In this document: positions 19,201 through 31,200 of the stretch, in pieces
Position numbering within the stretch: the first letter of the stretch is position 1
Layout of the letters: each line of letters opens with the position of its first letter
Source of the DNA: a virus
Lineage: Duplodnaviria > Caudoviricetes
Direction: 5' to 3' (one strand)
DNA length: 54,605 nucleotides
IMG/VR virus record: IMGVR_UViG_3300012953_000041
Location: 1 to 54,605 of that record
Translations under genes and position numbers: made by a program
The notes under the pieces: model-generated
Database searches by the model: none
What the model saw: the letters and a program-made list of their open reading frames with translations, nothing else
Told to the model about the DNA's origin: nothing

Positions 19201-22200
19201 CATTTAATACAGATGGATATGCTGTAATAACTGTAACTAAATCTGAAGGCGATATTATTGAAATATTTGAATACGAAACTACTGATGGTAGCTTTATCGC
19301 TCTTACACCAACAAAGCTAGGATTGTATCCTAAGTATTGTCCTGAGCTTACAATTGATGATAGCTATATATCGCAACGTACAAATCAAACTGGTCCTTTC
19401 AAATTATACGGTTGTGAAAATCAAACTACAAAATCACATAAAGGAAAAGTTGGCTGGTTCTATCCGTTATATACTTCGGAAGAAGAGGCTATTGCTGCAG
19501 ATTCTGATTCAAGTGCTGATACAGGTTCAGCACATACACATGTTTTTGAAGGTCTGTCTCAAATATTTTATATGCCATCCACACAAGCTAATCATGCTGT
19601 TCAAGATGATTTAACATATGATGAATATCCAATTGGTGTTGCGATGATTAGGGGTCATGATGGTAGTTATATCAAAGCTTACAAAGATTTTAGAGATGAG
19701 CTACTATTAGATTTAGAAAGAAGAATTTTTAATAATATTAAAGTTAATTATTCATCAGATTTACTTAACATTGATGACTTTAAAGGTGGAGAACATACAA
19801 CTAATGAATTTAGTAGAGCAGAAGTAGATAATAGTTTAGCAGGTGATTTCAATCAATGGCTTAGATTAGTTAATGGTGCAGAATATACTGAACATAACTT
19901 TTATGACCCTAATGATAGTTTTACATTTAATTATGCAAGTGCTAAAACTCCTTTAGGAAATGACATGCCTGGGTTCTGGAGAGGAGCATATATGTATGCT
20001 TACGGGACAGATAGGCCAAATGCTACTCCTTGGGAAATGCTAGGGTTTACTATGAAACCAACATGGTGGGAAGCAACATATGGCCCTGCTCCGTATTCAG
20101 GTGATAATTTAGTTTTATGGAGAGACTTAGAAGAAGGTAGAATTAAAGAACCTGGTAAAGCAGAATTAGTCAATCCTAAATATGCTAGACCTAATTTAAC
20201 AAAACATATTCCAGTTGATAGCCAAGGAAAATTAAAATCTCCAAGAGATAGCGGATATATTAGAGGATTTGTAAGAAAAGACGCAGTCAATGGTTGGAAG
20301 TTTGGCGATCACGGTCCAGTTGAAACAGCTTGGAGACGAAGCCCAGAATATCCTTTTGCAGTATTATTAGCATTTTTATTGAATAAACCTGCGAAAGTAA
20401 TGGGCTTAGGTTTTGATGTATCAAGAACACAAAGAAACTTAGCAAAACAATGGGTACATTCAGACACTAACAAACCTATACAAATGTCTATTGCAAAATT
20501 ACCAAATACGTATAAAGATGATACAAGAGTATTAACTTGCGGACTTGTAAATTATATCTATAATTTAGTATCTAGTGATGTGTTAAGTGTTTATACAGAT
20601 TATAAAAATAATCTTGCAAATCTAAAAAATCAACTTGGATTCAAAGTTGGTGGCTTTACCGATACTAACAAATTTAACTTAATACTTGATAGTCGTTCAC
20701 CTACACAACAACTAGAACGTGACGGTATATTTGTCCCTCAAGAAAGTTTTAAAGTTTTTAGCAATACTAGTAGTCCTCTAGAAATGGCAACATATAGTGG
20801 CGTTTCAGTAGAACGTGCAGGTACAGGCTATATTATTAGAGGTTACAATAATATCAATCCTAATTTTGAATACTACAAGCCAATTCAAGGATCATCAAAG
20901 ATAACTGTAACTGTTGGAGGCATATCTGAAGCAAGTCAAGAATGGTCAGGAAATACTCTTTATGAGAGAGGGATGATTGTTCAATATAAAAACGAGTTTT
21001 ATAGGGCAGCAAGGCAGTTTACTAGTGGTACAACTTTTACTATAGATGGCTTTGCAAAATTAGAAGAACTTCCTATTACAGGTGGCCGTACTGCATTTTT
21101 CTTTAGAGATTTTGATAATACAGAAGTACATACGCTACAGTACGGAACAAAATTAAATAACACACAAGAAGTAGTAGACTTTATGTTAGGCTATAATGCT
21201 AGGCAGAAAGAACTAGGATTTACATTTAATGAAGTTGATTCTTTTAATGAAAAAGTTGAAAACTGGCAAAATACTGCTAGAGAATTTATGTTCTTTACAA
21301 CACAAGGTTGGGCCGCAGGAACAGTTATTACACTAAGCCCAGGCGCTTCAAAAATACAATTTGATAGAGATTTTGTTGTTGTAGATAATCTATATGATAA
21401 GTTCTATGATTATAGCATATTAAAAGCTAATGGTCAACCTTTACAAGCAGACTTTAATGGACTTATTAGAGATGGTAACTCTTTTGGGCTTGCAGTAGAA
21501 GATACTGATGACGGCTTATATCATATAACGTTACCTCTTGTACAAAAAGAACATGTAGTTCTATTAGAAAATCAAACTTCATTTAGCGACATAATTTATC
21601 AACCAAAGTCTGGTTATAGACAAGATCGAATTAAGGTAAGTGGTTATAGAACTGATGATTGGAATGGAGGATTAAATCTACCTGGATTTTTATATGATGA
21701 TGCTGAAATCACTGATTGGACACAATGGAGAGATTATAAAATTGGCGAAATAGTTAAGTACAAGCAATTTTATTATACAGCTAAAAATAACATTCCAGGA
21801 TCAAAAGACTTTCAATCAGTACGTTGGCTACAACTTAACGAAAAACCAACTCCAGAATTAACAGCTAATATGGATTATAAAGCAAATCAGTTTACTGATT
21901 TTTATGATTTAGATTCAGATGGATTTGATGATGAACAGCAACGTTTAGCACAGCATTTAATTGGTTATCAAAAACGACAGTATCTTGCAAACATTATTAA
22001 TGATGATATAAGTCAGTTTAAATTTTATAGAGGATTTATAGCTGAAAAAGGTACAATGAATTCGTTAACAAAATTATTTGAATCATTAGGAGATGGAACA
22101 AATTCTGCACTAGATTTTTATGAAGAATGGGCAATACAAACAGGAAGGTTTGGAGCTACTGATGCTATTAAACAAGTAGAGTATTCTCTCAAAGAAGAGT

Positions 22201-25200
22201 TAATGACAGAAACTCCTCAAGCATTTGAGTTAGTTAATACACTACCAGAAACAAACTATGAAAAAGTTTATAGAATACTTCCAAGTGAAGTTTATGACAA
22301 AGAACAAGATTATAATCATGCTCCTTTTCCTACTAAAGTAATCGGAGCGAATGACGAATATATTAAAACAGGTGGTTATGTATCAGAACAAGATGTTTCA
22401 TTTGTAGCAGGAAGTATACCTGAATTATCATTAGGCGATGTCAATGCTATACAATTAGGTGAGTACATTTGGATAATTGAAACAGGAAAAGATTCTTGGA
22501 GTGTATATCAGTTAATACCAGTAGACTGCAAAGTTACGGCTGCTACAGTCCAAACAGATAGGCTATCGTCTGATGGTTTGCGTCTGATTGAGCTAGAATT
22601 AGATACATGGGCAGATATACCTGGTGATGGTATTAGACCATTAATTATACAATCTGATATTATTGGTGTACGAGGCGCACAAGAATTTAAACTTAATGGA
22701 CTATATGCAATTGACAAAGATGGTGTGAATCTTAATAAAATTACAATTAAAGCTGACATAAATGCAGATATTGAGGATTTCTTAGATCAGTCTTATCAAA
22801 TAGTAAAATTTAGAGAAGTACGTAGAGCAACAATAGATGAACTTAATGTAAGTCGCTATAATATGTACGAAAATCAAAAAGTTTGGATAGACAGTTTTCT
22901 CGGGGACTGGGCAGTTTTTGAAAATAAGCCAGTTTATACTAATAACCAAACAATTTATAATCCTTCAGAGTTTGATAGTACTTCGCAACAGTTCAGTAAA
23001 AGTGTTGCAATAACAGATAATAATAATGATGTATTTGTTGCTGCACCTGGAGACGGAACCGGAAAAGTAACACATTATAAAAGAACAGACGAAAAAAATA
23101 ATTTAGTACTTGATGATGTTATTGAAATAGCAAGTGACGAGACTATGCTTTCAATTGGTTCAACAACTAGATTTGGCGAAAGTGTTTCAGTAAGTCCAGA
23201 CGGAGAATATTTAGTAGTCGGTATTCCAAATGCTAGTGGTGTAAAAACAAAGTTTAAAGGCGCCTTTGATAAAACACAAACATACACTAAAGGCGATACT
23301 GTAAAGTATAGAGAAACTTTGTGGAAAGCAAATAGAGGAATACTTCCGGAAATTTCATCACAACCATTTACAACATTTGATACCTATGTTAATTTAGCAG
23401 CATCTGCAGATGCTGATTCAACAACACTTCAACTTTTGGTTGCAGGTGATCCAGGACTAGCAAATAATACAGTAGACCACATACTTGTTAGAGCTCCTAC
23501 CGATATGTATTTAGGTACGTCAGTAGGTGACACTGTTAGCCTCTATTGGAATCAACGTAGTTTTGCATATCCTACATTAACTAATTATCAGCCTTTTGGC
23601 GGAGCAATAACAGAAATTACCGGTGCTTTTTTAACTGGAAATCATGTTATTCAACATAAAGTTGATCATGTATTGTTTATTACAACATTTGTTACTCTTC
23701 CTACAGTTGGCCAAACAGTTACTACTACAACAGGTAGTGCTACAGTTTGCTATGTAGGAACTAAAGAGGATAGTGCAGTAGTTTACCTTAAAGATACAAA
23801 TGGTATTTTTAGCGTTAGTGATGAACTTTTTATTAACGAAACTGTATTTGTTGGTTTCTACACAGAAGCATCGACATATAATACAAGTACAACAGTAGAT
23901 GGTTTTTGGTATATTTCAACAGGCTTTCAATATTCTAATGCTGGAACTTATTATGATACTGGTCGAGGATTAGTTTATGCAGATGTTAGACTAGCATCAT
24001 CTACAAGAGCATTAAACACTTATTCAAATATTCAACAGGCCGTGGGTAATATCGGAACCTATCTTAAAAATAGAAACAGAGCTAGCTATATTACACATCT
24101 GTCTTATAGAGGAGATCCAGGCGGTGTAGAAGCAGATCAACTTAGTAACAAATGGGTAGTAAGAGGATCTAAAGATTTTACTGACACGTTGTCTGCAAAT
24201 GATACAACAGAATTTAGAATCTATAATCTCGATAATAGAACTATTGATGTTACAACACCAGGATTTACATATGACATACTTAACAAGCAACAAACAGTTG
24301 TTGATCTTTGGGACGGCTATATTGACTTTACGTTTGACGAGTTTGATTTTAATGGTAATGTGTTTGAGCCTGTCATTGGCGACATAATTAGTGATGTACA
24401 AATACCCAACGATGGCCAAGGTGGCTTAGCAATCACAACACAAACTACTAGTACTGCTGAAGTAGTATTTTATCGTAGAAACTTTAATAGCGTAAGAGTT
24501 TATGTAAAGGCACTTTCAGGAGATTGGGGCCAATTAACAAATATTGGAAAATATTCTATACAACGTGAAGCTAATACATCTGTTCGTGGTGCTGGAGATG
24601 TTGCACGTATAATGGGAACTGTAGCAGACGTTGATAATGACATAGCTGTAGGAACCGACATAATTGGTAAGCTAATAGTATTTGAACACAGTTCTAACTT
24701 TAGTGTTGTAGCAAATCCTGAAATTGTTGATGAAGAATATTGGTTCTTCAACGAAAATACCGAACAAGGAATATCAAGGTTACCAAATCCTCCATATAGC
24801 TTAAACAAAGATTATACACAAGTATTTCATCTTGATGCTACTTCTGCAGGAACAGCAGGACCTAACGATGCAGGAGCTATTGGAATTTACCGCAGACGTG
24901 ATGATGGAATGTATTCTAGACAATATTTACTAGTTTCTGAGCACCAAAAAGCAAATAGAAAATTTGGTAAAAAAGTTAAAATAGTACAAACTGGAAATTA
25001 TTATACACTAGCTGTCTCAAGTGAAGGGCTAGGTACTAGAGAGGATCCAGGTAGTATAGAATTTTATCGACATGGATATACTGCTGCCCAGGAAGATTCT
25101 TTTCAAGGTCCTTATCAATTAAAAAGTTACTTACTCGATGATATTGTTTTATTCCAAGATCAGTATTACAAATGTATAAAAGCTGCGGCATCAACAAACT

Positions 25201-28200
25201 TTATAACTGATCCTATATATTGGGAAAATATTAGTTGGAAAAGCGGAAGAGATAGAAATTATCGAGGAGTATGGGATAATACTTATAGCTACGAAAAAGG
25301 CAGCATAGTAGCTTATAATGATGTTTTGTATAAATCTAAAACAAACATTGCTGCTGGAGCGGTTTGGGAAACAACTAATTGGGAAACATTAAGCAGTAAT
25401 ATTGATTATCTTGGAATATTACCAAATAGAACTTCTAAAGCATATTACGGAGAAAACATATTTGATCCAATACAAAACATTACACAATTTAGCGACGATT
25501 TTGATTTAAGTGCAAACGGTGATGTACTTGTTACTACTAGTAAGCAAGTGCTAACAGATAGTACACAAGATATTGCAGTAGTTGTATATAGAGAAGTTGA
25601 CGATAAATTTCAGTTCTCCCAGATGATTACAAAGCCCGATACACTTAATGGGTTTGCTGATAAAATAAGTTTAAATCCAGCAGGAGACAAAATTGCAGTA
25701 AGTTCGCCACTTCGAGATACTACAAGAATTAATCAAGGTGTTGTATTCATATACAATCAAAATGCTAGTGGAGTATTTGGCACGCCAACAACTTCATTAA
25801 AAATTAATTGGACTGAAGTAGCAGCCGCTGTAGGTCAAATGAGTACAGGAAATCTTACTCATCCATTGATTCCTTTTTTACAAACAAAACACACAGACGG
25901 TAGAATTTATGCTGATGCAAGTTTAAGTAACACAGTATCAGATAGTACTAACCAGCAAACGATTGATATTACTGCACAAGATACATTAGCCTTTCACAAG
26001 TATGCAACAGATCCAACTGATGAAAGTATTGATAATTTTGCTTGGATTGACACAGTTGTTAAACCTGCACTATTAAAATTATCAGCAACATACCCAACAG
26101 TGTTTACATCTGTATCTAAAGGAGAGACAAATCCAACACAAGTATTGCTTCCACCACAAGATGAAGAGTCTGAAAGATTTGGCTACAATTTAGATTTTGG
26201 AAAAGACACACTTGCAATATCTAGTTTAAATGGTGACCAAAAAATTGATACTAAGTTTGATACTTATGAAAAAACATTAACTGATTCTTACCAGCTTGAT
26301 GTTACGTCAACAAAGAAAGAAGTTCGCACTACATTTGATAATAAGTTTACAACATTTAAAAATATTAAAATTGATAAAGGTGTAGTTTATCTATACGAGA
26401 TTTTAGAAAATAAAGTATCACAATCAGAGATTATTAGTTATCCTCTAATTCAAACAAATTTCGGCGAACATATGTATGTAAATAATAATCATTTATATAT
26501 TGGAATGCCACAGCAATTTGACACAACTTATAGAGGCGGCTTAGTTGACTTTAGAAAACAACCTAATTCTTTTGCATGGACACAGATTAGAAGTAGTGTA
26601 ACCCCAGTTGATGTAGATAAAATAAAAGGTACTTTCTTGTATAATAAAAAGTCTAATCAAATTATTACATACCTTGATTTTATTGATCCAATACAAGGAA
26701 AAATTGCAGGAGTAGCAGAACAAGAAATTTCATTTAAAACTAGATATGATCCGGCATTTTATAATACAGGTGAATTAGCAGATGATAATGTAGATCCTAA
26801 TAGGCATTGGGCTGAAAATTATGTTGGTAAAGTTTGGTGGAATATTGAAGCTGCTAGATTTGCTCATCCTTATCAAGGAACAACAAATTTCCAAAAAAAT
26901 ACTTGGAACACACAGCTCGAAGGTTCTGTTATTAATGTTTATGAATGGGTTGAGAGCCCATTGTTACCTAATACATGGGATGGTTTTGCAGACACTGATG
27001 AAGGTTTAGCACAAGGTATTAGTGGAATTAGTTTACACGGAAACCAAAAGTATACAACTAGACTAGTCTACGATAATGTAAGTAAGTCATTTAGTTCTCT
27101 ATACTATTTTTGGGTAGAAAATAAAAAAACTGTACCGTCTATTAAAAGTAGAAAGTTAAGTATTAGGAATATTGCAGCACTTATAGCAGACCCGCAAAAT
27201 CAACAGTATAGATATGTAAGCTTATTAAGCAAGGATAAATTTCTTTTAACAAACTGTAATGATCTTGTTAGCAATGACGATGTTGTTTTAAATATTAAGT
27301 ATACAAATAATAGTATTGATAAACAACGCCAAAACTCACATAATCAATATCAAATACTAACCAAAGGGTTAGATACTAGTATACCTAATGCAGATATACA
27401 ACGTAAATGGTTTGATAGTTTAATTGGATTTGATACCAAACAACGTTCAGTACCAAATCAAGAAATTCCTGTAAAAAGTCGTTATGGTATACAAGAAAGA
27501 CCAAGACAAGGAATGTTTGTAAACAGATTCGAAGCATTAAAACAATTTATTGAAAGAGTTAACGTAGTTTGTAAAGAGAACTTACTTGCTGATGAATATA
27601 ATCTTGATGCTTTGTCACAAAAAGAACCACTTCCAACATTATTAAGTGGCGAATATGATCATAAGATTAGTACATATTCTGAAATAACTTTTATTAGCAC
27701 AAGTAAAGTAACTCCTGCAAAATTAACTCCAATAATACTAAATGGAAAAATTACAAGAGTTGATATTACTGACGCTGGTAGAGGTTATAAAGTTCCTCCT
27801 AAAATTAAAATTAATGGTGTTGGCGAAAATGCAGAAATAAAATTAACTATAGATACATTAGGAAAAGTTACTAGTGCTATAGTAGAAAACCAAGGATCGG
27901 GTTACAATGAATCTACTAGTATATCTGTAAGAAGGTATACTGTACTTGTTGAATCTGATAGTACAGTGTTTAACAAATGGGCTTTATATTCTTGGAACGA
28001 AGCAGAAAGTGTTTGGTTTAGAAGAAGTATACAAGACTATGACGTAACAAACTTCTGGGATACAATTGACTGGTATGAAGATGGATATAACCAGTTTACA
28101 GAAGTTGACGATATTATTGCAGGATCCTATTTGTTAACAAGCCTTGATAACGCAATAGGTAATACAGTTAAAATTACATCAGTAGGCAGCGGTGGCTGGC

Positions 28201-31200
28201 TATTGCTAGAAAAAATAGCAGATGAAGATACTGAAGATTATACTGTAAATTATAAAACAATTGGCAGACAAAATGGTACAGTGCAATTTAATGATAAGCT
28301 TTATGACTACAGTAAAAATACTGTAGGTTTTGATAATAGAAGTTTTGATAGCTTCTTTTATGATAATACTCCGTCTAAAGAATTAAGAATTATTTTAAAT
28401 GCTATCAAAGATAATATCTTTGTCGGAACACTAGCAGTAGAATATAATGAGTTATTCTTTGCATCATTGCGTTATGTACTTGCAGAACAAGTAGGCGCTG
28501 ATTGGTTGTTTAAAACTAGCTTTGTTAAAGCTAAACATAATATTGGACCTTTATATCAAGATATAACATTTAATAATGATAACCTAGCAAACTATGAAGC
28601 ATATATTAAAGAAGTTAAACCGTACAGTACAAACATAAGAGAATTTATTAGTAACTATGCAAATATAGAACCAACAAATTCTAGTGTAAGCGATTTTGAT
28701 TTACCACCCGAGTATAGTAAACAAAATAAAGCTATAGAGCCAAGTAAAGCACAGGTTGTTGACGGTGTTGTTGTAAGTGCTCCTAATAGCGTAGCAACTT
28801 ATCCAAGAAAACATTGGGCAGATAATAACAGTTACCAGGTTAAAGAAATTAAAGTTTCTGAACCAGGAACGGGATATACTTATACTCCTACTGTAAAAAT
28901 AATTAGTAGTGAAGGCACAGGTGCTACTGCAAGAGCTTATTTAGGTTATGGAAAAATTACTAAAATTGAAGTACTAACACCTGGTACAGGATATATTAAA
29001 ACTCCTGTAGTTCAAATTGAAGGACCTCAAACAGAAGGAAGTACTAAAGCTAACGCTACTGCTATTTTAGGAAATGGCGTAGTTAGAAGTCCAAAGATTG
29101 TAACTAAATTTGATAGAACTTCAGGAAAAGTATATTATTCATCATTAGCACAAGAAGTAACATTAGAAGGATCAGGAACTAATCTAATTTATAATCTAGA
29201 ATGGCCTATGGACCTTTCAAACTCAAAAGTAGAGGTATGGGTCGGTAAAGATAATAATTCTTTAATTGAGCAACTAAGAAGTGCATATACATTTAAAAAT
29301 GTTGAAAATACTACAGCTGGTTACACTAGAGAACAAGGACAAATTACATTTACTACACCACCTGCAAACGCATTTAAAATTAAAGTAAAATATTTTAGAC
29401 CAATTAGTTTATTAAGTGCTGAAGATAGAATTAATTTTGCATATAGTCCTAGTGCAGAAATGTATGGTAAAGAATTACAACAGTTAATGACCGGAGTTGA
29501 TTATGGTGGTGTTCAAGTACGTAGTTTCGAATTTGATAAACCAGCCGGATGGGATAGTCAAGGATGGTATTCCGATAGCTGGGATACTTTTGATAATACA
29601 TTTGAAGATGAAGTTTTTTACTCCGATGGATCAACAAATGCAGTGCAGTTAACAAAACCGTTAGCTAATGGCATTATGTACAATTTTTATCTAAACGGTG
29701 TACGTATAGACGATCCGAATTATGATAATAGTACATTAAATAAGAATCCTAGTGCTATTACAAATTCTGTTATTGGCGACGGAGTAACGCAAGTCCTTGA
29801 TTTAGAAGTATTAGGAATACGAGTATTACCGAGTGATATTTTAATTGTTAGAAAAACAACTAGTGATGGTAGTGTTTTACCAGATTCCGAAAGTTATGAT
29901 ACAGCATTATCAGGTGGAGACTTAGCATATAAAACGGCAACAGGTATTAATGCAGAAGATATTATTGTTGACGGTGATGGATTTGTAACCCCAACTACCA
30001 GTGGCGGCCCTGAAGAACTAGTTCCAGGACAAGTTAATGACACATTAGATATAAAAGTGTTTACTAGAGATAGTGCAGGGCAAGGAATGATACATAGCCA
30101 AAGTTATATTATGAGTAGTGCAACTGTTTATGATTTAGGAGTTATTCCACGTACCTCAGAAGCAGTGTTCGTCAAGGTAAACAACATTCTTTTAACTAGC
30201 TCTCAGTATGTTATTAACTGGGCGTCTAATAGTATAACACTTAACTCAGCAACTCCTGGTGCTGAACTAAACATTATTGCAATGGCACAAGGTACACAAA
30301 AAGTACTAGATTTTGGACAAGGAGAATCTTTAGCAGGACAATCGGATTACTTAACTACTGTTGACTGGCAAAAAGATACTAGCGTTTTTGTAAGTGTAAA
30401 TGGTGTTGCTACTGATGTAGAAATTTTCAATAGTGAAGATAGTGGCGCACCTATAGCTAAAATTGGGATTAGATTTAAAACTCCAAGGACTGTAAGTGGT
30501 GAAACAATACATTACACAGTGTTTAGTGATAAGACAAAAATAAACTATAGTCAAGTTAGCAAAGATCAGTTTGAAGCTGATGGATCTACATCACAGTTTA
30601 TTTTGTCTCAAACTCCGTTTTATTCTTTACCTAATGAACATAATATTATTGTTAAAGTTGATAATAAAATTTTAAATCCTGGATATAACATTCAGCACAC
30701 AGTTGATGCAGACAATACAAGGGAATTTAAAATTGAGACATTCCAGGAACCAATTGGTGCTAATGCCGCCGGCGATATTAAAGTATTTGTAGACGGAGTA
30801 GAAAAATTTACTCCAAATGAATGGAGATTTGATATTGCTAATAGTTCCATTGTGTTAGCAGATACTGTTGGAGAACCAGGATCAACAGTTGAAATATTTG
30901 CAATTACAGACGGCGATTATAGAATTAACGGTAAAATTGTTTCACTTGATACAACTCCTACAGCAGGACAGAAAGTAGAAATATTCCAGTTTTCAAATCA
31001 TGATTTACTTGGCATAGAAAGAATTAACTATGATGTAGTCAGTAGGTCAGTATTAGTAGCCGAGGATGTACAAAATGTAACTTATAATAGATTAACAGTC
31101 GGAGAAATACCTCTAAGGAAAAAAGCTGTTGATGCACAATATGTTTGGGTGAGTGTTAATGGCGAACTACTAACACCTAGTGTTGATTACTCAGTAACAG

